A DNA stretch of 64,000 nt from Rebecca billardiae RCC1528. Its lineage: Eukaryota; Protista; Haptophyta. This document shows positions 24,891 to 36,386 of the stretch, piece by piece. The position numbers and the translations under genes are program-made. The stretch spans positions 248,001-312,000 of the forward strand of contig OZ251248.1 in assembly GCA_965240325.2 (NCBI GenBank), in the 5' to 3' direction. How positions within the stretch are numbered: the stretch's first letter is position 1; each line of letters opens with the position of its first letter. Below the pieces are notes generated by a model. It saw only the letters and a list, made by a program, of their open reading frames with translations. It did no database searches and was not told where the DNA came from.

Positions 24891-25065
24891 CGGGCGCTGG
24901 CGCGCCGCGAGGCGGCCGCAGCCCTCATCCAGGCCTCGCAGGCGGACGGCTGAACGAATTTTTCCGGCGGCGCTACCATCGGCGACGGCTTCATGGGCGG
25001 TGACAGTTGGCGGGCGTCAATCTCGCCTGCCTGAGCTGTGTGCGTCTCTTATTCTTAGTAAACTG
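24891..25065 (-). repeat. Solo TA-CAGTTTACT transposon end
   Basis: Essentially identical reverse complement of 45782-45956; ends CTG followed by TA. Confidence 0.8.
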
Positions 25066-25218
25066 TATGAGTAGTGTATGATTCAGACTGTAGCTCTAGC
25101 TGTGGCAGATGGCAGCCTTTTGGATGACGACGCACGTCATCATCCGGTCCTCCGAACGACGCACTTAGTCACCAGTGCGACGTCCGTCGTCGTGTCGTGA
25201 CTCGCGGTGACGACGGCG

Positions 25219-26676
25219 ATGCAGCGCGATGATGCGGGCGGCATCAGTCGGCGCGCGGCAACATCGCAGCTGGCGGACCTGGCGCCCGAGCTGATTGAGC
25301 GCGTGCTCAGCTTCATCACGAGCGCGCGCGACCTCGCAGCCGCCAACGCCGCCTCGCGCCTCTTTCGGGGACCACCGGTCGAGCGCGTGCTGCGCGCGCG
25401 CGCGCGCGCTCGTGGGCACGCGCACGCGCTGCCCTCGGCGCTGCCCGTGGGCGTGTGCACGCGGACGGAGGAGCTGTTCGCGCGCGAGCGAGTGCTCGAG
25501 CTCTCGCGTGCGCACGCGCACTCCCTGGGTGCGGGCGGCGTGGGGACCGGCTGTTTGAACATCAGCGTCTTCCTCGACAACGACGGCCAGGTGTACACGT
25601 GCGACGGGCAGCGCGAGCATCGGATGGGCCAGTGGCGCAGCGAGGTGCCACGCGGGCTGGGGCAGCCAGACGGGCCGGGCGCGCGCGTCCTCGTGCCCAC
25701 GCCTGTCGCCTCGCTCGCCGGGGTGCGCGCCATCTCCGTGGCCGCGAGCACGTCCGAAATCATCGCGCTGGGCGAGACGGGCGAAGCTTATGAGCGCGCG
25801 CGCGTGAACGACGCCGAATGCTTCGCGCGGCTGGACGCGCTGGCCACCGAGAGCGTCGTCGGCATCGCTGCCGGCAGCGCTAGCGCCTTTGCGCACACCG
25901 CTGCCGGCGCAGTGTACAGCTGGGGCCATTCCAATTGGCACGGCGAGCTCGGCCGAGGCGACCTGAGGGTCCCGACCAGCTGGCGCACTCCGGAGCGCAT
26001 CCGCGCGCTGGAAGGCGTGCGCATCGGCGCGGTGGCGGCGGGCGGCCGCCACGCGCTCATGCTGTCGACTTGCGGCGCTGTGTACTCGTGCGGCCAAGGC
26101 CGTTACGGCCAGCTCGGCCATGGCGACGACAGCGAACCTGTCGTCGGCGCAGTCCCTGGGCCGAAGCGCATCGAGGCGCTTGCTCGAGTGCGAGTGGTGC
26201 ACGTCACTGCCGGGGGGCTGCATAGCCTGGTGGTGGACTCGAACGGCGGCGTGTACTCGTTCGGTGCCAATCAATTCGGCCAGCTCGGCCACGGTGACGA
26301 GGTCGAGCGCACCACGCCCACGCGCATCGACGCGATGCGCGGGATCACTGTCGCGCGCTGCGCAGCGGGCTGGAGTTGCACCGCGCTGATCTGCGCCGAC
26401 GGCGGCTTGTACGTCGCAGGGGAGAACACGCACGGCCAGCTGGGCCTCGGGCACACCGAGCACTGCGCGCGGCCGACGCTGCTCTTCGATCCCAGGTACA
26501 CGCCCGTGAGGCACTGCTCGATGAGCTCGTCGCACTCGCTCTTCGCGCTGGTGGACGGCACAGTGTTCTCGTGCGGACTGCGCAACGGCGGGCTCGGGCG
26601 CAACGTCAGCGGCGTGCCCAAGAAGCGCAAGCCGCAGAGCGAGCCGGGGCTTGTGTTCGGTCTACGACTGCTGTGA
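25219..26676 (+). CDS. F-box-like + RCC1-repeat protein
   Basis: N-terminal LADLAPELIERVLSFI, then RCC1 repeats such as VAAGGRHALML..GAVYSCGQGRYGQLGHGD and VTAGGLHSLVV..GGVYSFGANQFGQLGHGD. Confidence 0.85.
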   Translation: MQRDDAGGISRRAATSQLADLAPELIERVLSFITSARDLAAANAASRLFRGPPVERVLRARARARGHAHALPSALPVGVCTRTEELFARERVLELSRAHAHSLGAGGVGTGCLNISVFLDNDGQVYTCDGQREHRMGQWRSEVPRGLGQPDGPGARVLVPTPVASLAGVRAISVAASTSEIIALGETGEAYERARVNDAECFARLDALATESVVGIAAGSASAFAHTAAGAVYSWGHSNWHGELGRGDLRVPTSWRTPERIRALEGVRIGAVAAGGRHALMLSTCGAVYSCGQGRYGQLGHGDDSEPVVGAVPGPKRIEALARVRVVHVTAGGLHSLVVDSNGGVYSFGANQFGQLGHGDEVERTTPTRIDAMRGITVARCAAGWSCTALICADGGLYVAGENTHGQLGLGHTEHCARPTLLFDPRYTPVRHCSMSSSHSLFALVDGTVFSCGLRNGGLGRNVSGVPKKRKPQSEPGLVFGLRLL

Positions 26677-26911
26677 TGGCAGTCCGGCCGCTCACTGGTG
26701 AGAGCCTGTGGTCGTCGATTCCCCACGCCTTGGCGGGTTGTCCGATGCGGAAGTTCAGGCCACGGCGAGGTTTTGTTCCGGGCGGCTACGGTCTGAACTA
26801 TACGGACGACTGACGAGGCCAGAAACATCCGGCCGAATTTTTGCATGCTCTGAAATAACCCCAGCCAGATCTGCTGCTCCATCCGACAAACTATGACTAA
26901 TAATACATATA

Positions 26912-28417
26912 TGGCGGGCCGTAGGTCCGCCCCTTGTAGTGCCCGGGAAAAAGATAAGAAAAAGAAAAAGAAAAAAGAAAATCGCCTCGCAAAGAAAAGA
27001 AAATCGCCTCGCTCACTGCCGGGTCGCTTCGCTCACTACCGGGCGCCCTCGCAGCTCCCACTGGGGACGCTCGGCCGAAAACCATCTTCCCGATGGCGCG
27101 GAGCGCGTGGGCGGCGCGCGCCAAATCCAACGCCGGCGCGGACATCGTGAGAGGACTCCCGAGGGAGGTTTTCGCCCGATTCGCGATTGCTGCCCTCGTC
27201 GTCTCGCGTGCAGGTCGAACGAGGGCCAAAGTCGACGCGTTTGGAGGTACGCTCGGCGCGTCGACACGATCGTGCGACCTGGGGCGGTCCTCGCCCGACT
27301 TACACGTCGAGCGCTCGCACGAGCCATAGTATTAAGCGCTGCGCACGACAACCACCTCGCGCGATCCACCGTCGCGCGTCGGGCTCGGTGCGGAAAGGCC
27401 CTCATCATGAGGCGTCTCGCGGGCGGGAAGCGCCATCGCACGCGACGCAAGCTTTGGCGCGGCCTTCTGAACTCGATCGCCGGAAACGGCGCACCGGACT
27501 GTCGCGTGCCACAACTTCTCAAAGCCGGGCGCATGCAAATCCGTTTGCTACAGCTGTACCAGTTCCCGGCCAAGCCGAAGGGCCGGCCCTTGTCCCGGCG
27601 ATCATCTTTCGCGATCGCGGCCAAAGATCGCTCGGCGCTCGCGGTCCCTCACAGCCGAAAGCCCACGTCCGGCCTTCAGCATGGCGTCGACGGTGACCAA
27701 TGCGACGGAGGCGCAGCGCAAAGCGGCGTACGAGGCGCAGCGAACGCAGCTGCCGTGTCTGTCGCCGTGGCAGGAACCGCGTCTTGGCGAGTCGGCGGCC
27801 CTCGTCGCACAGCGCTACAGTATGACCGATCCCAGAGGCGCATCCGCGACGAGCTGAAACGCCGAGCGTGCAACATTGTCGCCCCATCCTCCACCATGTC
27901 ACGAGCGCTGCGGGACGAGGCCGACGTCGTGAAGCCAGTGGCACATGCGCTGCGCTTCCTGTGCCTGCTCGAGCAGCGCGTGCCCACCCTCGATCGCGAG
28001 TGGCACACGCTCTCGCACTGCGCGCGCGCGCACCGCCGACAGCTCCTGATACCGCCGAACGTGTGGGTGCCGGACCTGTCGCGCGAAGCGGCGAGCGCCG
28101 ACGAGCGCTTGGACCTGGACGCGTTGTTGCGCAGCGTGGCGGCCGTGCACGACGCCGACGCGACCTTCGCCGAGCCCATCGTGCCCGGAGCGGACATCGG
28201 CATCCTCGCGACACACGATCTCAGCTGGCGGCAGGAGGAGATGCTGTCGCGTTATTATTCGTCAGTGAGTCAGGTCGTAGCTCACCATCATCTGTGTGTC
28301 GCATTGTTATTCGTCATCCTGCCCGTCAAACCGCTAAATAAAAGGCGCGAACCCGCTGGGGAAATATTGCGACAGCACTGGCACGGCCCGCCGACCCCCC
28401 CGCCCGCCAGGGCAGAG
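26912..28417 (+). mobile_element. Helitron2/Helentron-like element, copy B
   Basis: 5' TGGCGGGCCGTAGGTCCGCC hairpin. Inverted ACGGCCCGCC at 28383-28392, 25 nt before the end. GCCC-GCCA-GGGC mini-hairpin. Ends CAGAG then TTT, with no TSD. Confidence 0.75.
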
Positions 28418-29000
28418 TTTATATATATATATTGTTTCCTCGACGACTACTTCGAGACGACGGCTGACGACGCGTGGCACCGCGACCACCGCGGTGGCGC
28501 GTGCGCGTCGACGCCAGACGGTGCGTCGAGCTTCCGCTCGGCGATGGAGTGATGGGCGACTATGAGGGGGGGGACGACGGCGAGGAGCGCTGATCCTGGT
28601 GTTTGTCTCTGCTGCTCGATCTGCTGCTACAGCTTGCTGACTCTGACGCCTGCCCGTTGCATACCACGTCGTTAATATATATTGTTTCCTCGAAACAAAA
28701 AAATAATATATATGTATTATTAGTCATACTACATTGTATGGGATTTTTGTTCCTCGAAACAAAGTGCGAGCGGCAGCCAGCGCTCGGGCCGAGCGCGCGG
28801 CAGGACTGGCCGCTCAACGCCGACAGACGCGCGGTGTGAGATGGATGCCGCCGGAAACAGCTGCAGCCATCAGGACAGTGGGCGCTTCCGACGGGCGCTC
28901 GCTGTGACGAGTGAGCGGGAGGCATGCAGCAGCGACGGTAACGGTTGGCTCGGCGCCTGATGAAAACCCAGTTCACGAATTGGCCGTCCTGACCGCCATG

Positions 29001-29985
29001 CTATGTGCGAATCAAGGCCTATATGGCCGGCCATGACCGATGATATTGGCCGCTAGGCGGCCATGGCCGATGGTTAGCGGTCGACCATCCATCTCTGGCC
29101 GATGGGTATTGGCCGATGGCCGTCTGGCGGCCGGACCGCCGTACTCGTAGGCCGCGCCGGACCGGGCACGGCCACGGCGCCGGCGCGTGATGGCCGCGTG
29201 AGCACGCCGCGCGGGCTGCAGCACTGTCCGACTCTGCACGGTCGTAGTTCGAGAGGGCGGCCCCGGGGCTCGGCCGACCCAACTGGTGGACTTGTTGAGC
29301 CCCAGTGGCGGTCTCGACCGAGCTTGGCAGGTGTGTGTGTGTGCCTGTGTGTGTTAATCTGATATACTATATATCAGTTACAGGCGACTATGTCTATTGC
29401 GATGTATTTGCCGATTCTGCGCGCCGGCCCGGCGAGTGAAGGACGCGAGGTGCAGCAGGTGGCGAGCCCGGCGAGACTCCGAGGGCGAGTCAGCGGCCGC
29501 ACCCGCGCCCGCGACCGCGCCCACGCCCGCGTCCACGACCCCTACTTCTCGGCCACGGCTCGCGCTTGCACTGCCAGCAGCGCTGCGGCATCGTCTCACG
29601 CAGACCACGTCTGCCGACGCGGCGACTGCGGCAGCCTCGCGGCGAGCGGACGAGCGGTGGCTGCCGCAGCACAGTAGTCGGCTGCAAGCAGCTTCTGCGA
29701 CGAGATCATGCCCAGACAGAGTCAAGCCGACCTCGTTGGGGTACCATACGTTCTGCCCGAGTGGTGAATAATATTTTGCCGAAAAAGAAAAAGGGATGAA
29801 TGAATATATTAACGACGTGGTATGCATGAATATATTTAACGACGTGGCAGCATGAATATATATGATGTATTCATTTATTCGTCATTTATTCGTCGTAGTC
29901 GGCCACTGGCCGATGAACGGGCAAAAGTGGGCATCCTGTGGCCGACGGGTTGGCCGACGCCCGTCGAGGCTTGATTCGCACACAG
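29001..29985. mobile_element. Non-autonomous TIR element with 8-bp TSD (hAT/P/Merlin-type)
   Basis: CTATGTGCGAATCAAGGCCT pairs with AGGCTTGATTCGCACACAG. CCGCCATG is duplicated at 28993-29000 and 29986-29993. Subterminal TGGCCGA motifs at both ends. Confidence 0.85.
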
Positions 29986-30414
29986 CCGCCATGCCAACCT
30001 TGCCTAGTTAGCCTATGGCCCAGGAGCAGCGCAGTGAGTAGATCGTTCTAGGCCGCCGTGCGTGCGCACAGAGCACGGGCTCGAAAGTCCCTCGTGGCAC
30101 GAGAAGAGGGTGGCCAAGATGGCAGCCGGACTTGAGCTCGGCCGCCTGGCTCAGGCTGAATGGCAGGCAGGTGTTGATACGGCGCATTGCGCTCCCACCG
30201 TCCTCTTAGACAATCAGTTATTGTGCCAATAACCCCACATATATGTATACGTATATCGACAAATTGTAGTTTATAATTATTAGTCGTAGTCTAAGTCGTA
30301 GAGCACGGTAGTTACTCCAATGTTACTGACACGGGCGCTCGGGCTCAGTATCAGTAAGTTACTAGTAATTAAGGGCTACCGAGTACCGAAGTCTGACGAA
30401 CGGCTAATACTATA

Positions 30415-31966
30415 TGGCGGGCCGTAGGTCCGCCCCTTGTAGTGCCCGGGAAAAAGATAAGAAAAAGAAAAAGGAAAAAGAAAATCGCCTCGCAAAGAAA
30501 AGAAAATCGCCTCGCTCACTGCCCAGGCCGGGTCGCTTCGCTCACTACCGGGCGCCCTCGCAGCTCCCACTGGGGACGCTCGGCCGAAAACCATCTTGGT
30601 TATGGCGCGGAGCGCGTGGGCGGCGCGCGCCAAATCCAACGCCAGCGCGGACATCGCGCGAGGATTCCCGAGACGTGTTTTCGCCCGATTCGCGATTGCT
30701 GCCCTCGTCGTCTCGCGTGCAGGTCGAACGAGGGCCAAAGTCGACGCGTTTGGAGGCACGCTCGGCGCGTCGACACGATCGTGCGACCTGGGGCGGTCCT
30801 CGCTTGACTTGCACGTCGAGCGCTCGCACCGGCCATAGCATCAAGCGCTGCGCACGATGGCCGCCTCGCGCGATCCACCGTCGCGCGTCGAGCTCGGTAC
30901 GAAAGGCCCTCATCAAGAGGCGTCTCGCGGGCGGGAAGCGCCATCGCACGCGACGCAAGCTTTGGCGCGGCCTCTGAACACCATAACCGGAATGCACACA
31001 CCGGACTGTCGCGTGCCCCGGTTGGCAAGGTCGGGCGCATGCAAATCCGTTTGCTACTGTCGCCTGCCTGAGCTGTGTGCGTCTCTTATTCTTAGTAAAC
31101 TGTACGGTCGGTGGTGTTCCAGAGCGGGCGATCATCTTTCGCGCTCGCGAGCTCGCGGCCAAAAATCGCTCGGCGCCTCAGGGCCCACGTCCGGCCTGCA
31201 TGGCGTCGACGGTGACCAATGCGATGGAGGCGCAGCGCAAAGCGGCGTACGAGGCGCACCGCACGCACCTGCCGGGTTTGCAGCCGTGGACAGAACCGCA
31301 TCTTGGCGAGTCGGCGGCCCTCGTCGCACAGCGCTCGATCCCACGGACGCACATCCGCCACGAGAGTGAAACGCCGAGCGTGCAACATCGTCGCCCCATC
31401 CTCCACCATGGCACGGGCGCTGCTGGACGAGGCCGACGTCGTGAAGCCAGTGGCACATGCGCTGCGCTTCATGTGCCTGCTCGAGCAGCGCGTGCCCACC
31501 CTCGATCGCGAGTGGCACACGCTCTCGCACTGCGCGCGCACGGCACCGCACTTCCAGACGACCTAAACAAATGAAACATGACATCACACTCCGCCACCAC
31601 TGTTTAGCTCCGAGGACATTGAACCGTCACCGTCAGGCGTCACAAGCAAGCCGCCGTCGCACGCCAATCAGTTGGCAGTGCGCCGTGCGCGCAGTCGACG
31701 CCGGCTCGGCACGATGACGAGTAGCGCAGTGGGTGCACGAATACACGCGCAATCACACTGTCGGTGAGATCACCAGAGTCATCTGTCGCGTTATTATTCG
31801 TCAGTGAGTCAGGTAGCTCACCATCATCTGTGTGTCGCACTGTTATTCGTCATCCTGCCCGTCAAACCGCTAAATAAAACTAAAAGGCGCGAATAACGAC
31901 CCGCTGAAGGAAATATTGCGACAGCACTGGCACGGCCCGCCGACCCCCCCGCCCGCCAGGGCAGAG
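30415..31966 (+). mobile_element. Helitron2/Helentron-like element, copy C
   Basis: Same termini as copy B. Contains a solo transposon end at 31060-31102 and unrelated filler at ~31540-31755. Confidence 0.75.
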
Positions 31967-31976
31967 TTTTATATAT

Positions 31977-34900
31977 CACAGTGCAGGATTGGAATGGCGG
32001 GCCGTAGGTCCGCCCCTTGTAGTGCCCGGGAAAAAGATAAGAAAAAGAAAAGGGAAAAAGAAAATCGCCTCGCAGAGAAAAGAAAATCGTCGCCGCTTCG
32101 CTCACTACCGGGCGCCCTCGCAGCTCCCACTGGGGACGCTCGGCCGAAAACCATCTTGGCCATGGCGCGGAGCGCATGGGCGGCGCGCGCCGAATCCAAC
32201 GCCGGCGCGGACATCGCGCGAGGATTCCCGAGACGTGTTTTCGCCCGATTCGCGATTGCTGCCCTCGTCGTCTCGCGTGCAGGTCGAACGGGGGCTGAAT
32301 CGACGCGTTTGGAGCGGTACGCTCGGCGCGTCGACACGATCGTGCGACCTGGGGCGATCCTCGCCCGACGTGCACGTCGAAAGCTCGCACCGGCCATAGC
32401 ATCATGCGCTGCGCACGATGGCCGCCTCGCGCGATCCACCGTCGCGCGTCGGGCTCGGTGCGGAAACGCATTCATCACGAGGCGTCTCGCGGGCGGGAAG
32501 CGCCATCGCACGCGACGCAAGCTTTGGCGCGGCCTTCTGAACACCATAACCGGAATCCACACACCGGACTGTCGCGTGCCCCGGTTGGCAAGGTCGGGCG
32601 CATGCAAATCCGTTTGCTACGATCGGTGGTTTTCCAGAGCGAGCGATCATCTTTCACGCTCGCGAGCTCGCGACCAAAGATCGCTCGGCGCCTGAGGGCC
32701 CACGTCCAGCCTGCAATCCCTGCATGGCGTCGACGGTGGCCAGTGCGACGGAGGCGCAGCGCGAAGCGGCGTACGAGGCGCACCGCACGCACCTGCCGGT
32801 TCTGCCGCCGTGGCCGGAATCGCGTCTTCGCGAGTCGGCGACTGAGGCGACAGCGCGCTATAACCGATCCCAGGTGCGCATTCGCGACGAGCTGAAACGT
32901 CGCGCGTGCAAGATCGCCGCACCATCCTTGTCCATGGCACGGTCGCTGCGGGACGAGGCCAACGTCGTAAAGCCAGTGGCGCATGCGCTGCGCTTCCTGT
33001 GCCTGCTCGAACAGCGCGTGCCCACCCTCGATCGCGAGTGGCACACGCTCTCGCACTGCGCGCGCGCGCACCACCGAGAGCTCCTGATTATGATACCGCC
33101 GAACGTGCGAGTGCCGGACCTGTCGCGCGGAGCGGCGAGCGCCGACGAGCGCTTGGACCTGGACGCGCTGTTGCGCAGCGTGGCGGCCGTGCACGACGCC
33201 GACGCGACCTTCGCCGAGCCCATCGTGCCCGGAGCGGACATTGGCATCCTCGCGACACACGATCTCAGCTGGCAGCACGAGGAGATGCTCACAATCTCCT
33301 CTGGCGGATTCGTCGGCGGCGAGGTGCTCGACTACGTCATCGCGGTCGAGATGCGGCACATGCAGCGCGTACGCACACTGTCGGTGAGCTCGCACCAGAG
33401 TCATCTGTCGCGTTATTATTCGTCAGTGAGTCAGGTAGCTCACCATCATCTGTGTGTCGCATTGTTATTCGTCATCCTGCCCGTCAAACCGCTAAATAAA
33501 AGACGCGAACCCGCTGGGGAAATATTGCGACAGCACTGGCACGGCCCGCCGACCCCCCCGCCCGCCAGGGCAGAGTTTTTTCCGTGACGCTTCGGACGGT
33601 CCGCAGCTCGAGTCAGCGAATCCGGTCTCGGCCGGACAGTGGAACTCGGGTGGAAGCCGCGACTTCGCGGCGGACGGAGCCTCAAACGAGCGGTGCCTCG
33701 GCTCGCGGCGCGATCTACTCGGCGAAGACCGACGAGGCTGCTCGCGGGCCCGACTATGCGTCGACGCGGGCTGGGGTCGTCTTCCGCGTGGCGCTGGGCA
33801 AGTTCCTCGCCGCCCTGACGGGTGCTCTCCTTTCGCCCTCACGGCGCGCGCGGTGCGTTTCGCGAGCTTCTTGCATGCGCCGCCCGCGGTTGCGCCCGAG
33901 CCTGATGCTTCAGTCGACACGGCAGGTGGCTCGCGCAGGGTGGGATTGTGTGCGGGTGCCGCTGGCGGTGCGTCTCACCCTCCTGAAATTGTGTGGGAGG
34001 CTGTGACATTGCACGCGTACACCCCGCCACGCCCGCGGCCCGCCCGCGCAAACGCCGCGCCGCGCAGTTGTCTTTGACCTCGAGCGAGCCTGAGGCGTGG
34101 AGGCGACCGACGGCGGGGTGCGACTTGCCCACCGACCCGAGCCGCATCACCCAGCGCAGCCTCGCCCGCGACGACGCTTCGCCTGGCTGCCACTGCTCAG
34201 CCGCGTGCAAGGCGGGCTGGGCGACGTCTTCAGCCGAGCGCGGCTGCAGCGCAGCACGCGAGAGGCTGGAGCGCCATGACGCGGATGGCGGAGCGGGCTT
34301 TGGGCTGGCTGGCATGAGCCGCCAGGCTGTACCGTCCGCGCAGATCGCGCTCGGCCCGGCCGCAGCCCTCCTGAGCGCGCGCCTCAGAGCTGAGACTGAT
34401 CACGTGCACGCGCACAAGCCACACTGCCGTGGCTGTGTCGAGCAGCTGCGTGTGCTCGAGGCGCGGCGCTCGCACGGGCCACGCGGGCGCAGCGGGTGCG
34501 CGCAGCTGGCGCACGCAGTGCCACGTCCTGCCGCGCCAGTTTGGCGGCCGTCCGCCCCCCCGAGCTCGAGTTCTGCGCGCTTTGCGACGGCGCGGCCGGC
34601 CGCGCCCATCTTCATGCTTGGGCACGCCAGCATGGCCGCCGCCGGGCCTGCTGCGCGCGCCGAAGCTGGAGGGCGGAGGAGGGCGCTGGGCTGCTCCTAC
34701 GGCGTGCTGCAGCCCGGGCAGGCTTTTCCGCGGCGCGGCGAGGCCGTCGCGCCTGCTCGCCGCCGTCGAGTCGCCCGTGCTGAGTGACCGTCGGCCGCAT
34801 GTGCTCGGCGGCACCGCAGGCAGGCGTCCCATACCAGTGTGCTCGAGCCGCTGCGCGCACCCAAGGCGAGCTGCTCGAGCGGGCTAGGTGGGCCCACGGA

Positions 34901-36193
34901 GTGCGCGCAGCTGGCGCACGCAGCCCCGCGTCATGGGGTGTCGGTTTGACGGTCGCCAGCCCCCGTGGGCTCGAGCTCTGTGCGCTTCACCACGGAGGTG
35001 CCGACGGCGCCCCGCGGCGCGCAACGGCGTGGCAGCATGGCCGCCGCCGGCGCCGCCGCACATGCCGCCGCTTACGGGCAGTCGAGAGCTTGGGGCAGCA
35101 CCTACGGCATGCTGCAGCTCGGGCGGGCTCTGCCAGCCTGCTGTGGCGTGATCGCGCATTTTCCAGACCGTCGACTCGCCCGCGCTGCATATTTGTTTGC
35201 TGCGCGTGCTCGACGGCGCCGCTGCTGCCGCTACGGCCGCGCGTTGCTGCGTCGCGAGCGAGCCCGATGCGAGCTGAACGGCGGCGTGCTCATCGCTGCT
35301 GGCGCAGATGGGCGCGTCATGGTGGCCACGCACGATGCTGAGTGCTCGCGCGTGCCAGACGAGGCGCGTGCTCGCGCTGTGGCTCAATGTCCGGCAGTGC
35401 GCGTGGCAGGCCGCAGCTGCTCGACAACAGAACCAGCGGGCAGTGATCGGGCTGCGCGCGCGCAGCTGATGGCGGCGAACGAGCGAGCCCGCACCGCCGC
35501 GCAAGGGCTGGGCGACTGGCGCCGAGGTGGCGCGCACGTCGTCCGCTGCCGTTGGCATCGCGGCGGACGCTTCAAGCTCGTTCGGCCGGCGTGTTTTCTC
35601 CGACGCCCACCTGCGAGCGCTGCCGGCACCGTGCTCGGGCGTCAGTATCGGTGGGCTCGAGCACGCGTGGTGAGGCGCTCGGAGCGGTCGACGGCCATGA
35701 TCGGGCAGCGCACGGTGGGCGCAGGCCACGCGCACGCCAGCGCCCCGCGTGGCGTGGCTTCACGGGGCGCAGCCACCAGGAGACTGTGCTGCGACGAGCT
35801 CGGGCGCGCTCGGGCGCCGCTGCTCTGCATTTTCCCGAAAAATCGGTTTTCGTGCCCTCGACCGGCGGTATGCCGCCGGGGTGGCCGCAGCTGCGCTCGG
35901 AGCAGCGCGCACGCGCACCGCCGTGTGCGCCCGCCCGCTTTCGCCGCCGCCGAGCTCGAGCACAGCGCTGCGCGGGGCTGCGTAATGCCAACGGCGCATG
36001 ATTTTTTGCCCGCGCCGAGCGCGCGTCGGCGCGCGCAGCGCGCTCAGGTGTGGCCTGCTACCAAGGTCTGTGCCACGATTCGACGCGCCTATGGTGCGCC
36101 GAATTTAGGCGCACCGCTTCAGAATTGTCCGATGATTCGACTAGTGGTGCGGACAACTTAAAACGTCACCCTGAGCAGTTTTCCGGCACTGTG
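31977..36193. mobile_element. CAC-ended (CMC/EnSpm-like) non-autonomous element hosting Helitron-like copy D
   Basis: CACAGTGCAGGA (31977) pairs with TCCGGCACTGTG (36182-36193) at 11/12. A GTGACGnTT motif is shared further in once copy D is removed. AT flanks both ends. Degenerate internal repeats at ~34452-34725 and ~34839-35130. Confidence 0.6.
31995..33575 (+). mobile_element. Helitron2/Helentron-like element, copy D (ORF 32724-33587 with Ulp1-like start)
   Basis: Same termini as the other copies; inserted at GGAAT^TTTTTT without duplication. Confidence 0.75.
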
Positions 36194-36386
36194 ATAGTAT
36201 TATAATATATAGTATAATAAATAAAGTACTTTATAATACGTAGCTAATTAAGAAATATATCCGAGAGTAGGCTAGCCGTGAGAACTGAGATCTCTGACTT
36301 CTTATTGCGCGCCCGCCGCGATATTGCCTGTACGTATGGGGGTCGATTTGACTCACTCCTCTGAGATGGCATCAGATTCAGAGTCG

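Noticed and set aside
26810-26845. Hammerhead-like CTGACGA-GGCC..GGCC-GAA
   Set aside because: The core continues GAAT rather than GAAA, and no convincing stems I and III with an NUH site could be built.
31977-31983. CACAGTG identical to the RSS heptamer (Transib/RAG-like element)
   Set aside because: No nonamer at 12/23 spacing, no 5-bp TSD and no RAG1-like ORF; CAC ends also fit CMC elements.
30415-33575. Head-to-tail rolling-circle concatemer of copies C and D
   Set aside because: The spacer is the left end of a different element into which copy D inserted.
34965-36161. 398-aa ORF as transposase or Fanzor/TnpB
   Set aside because: Arg/Ala-rich with no DDE, RuvC or zinc-ribbon motifs; I saw no Fanzor-like ORF anywhere in the window.
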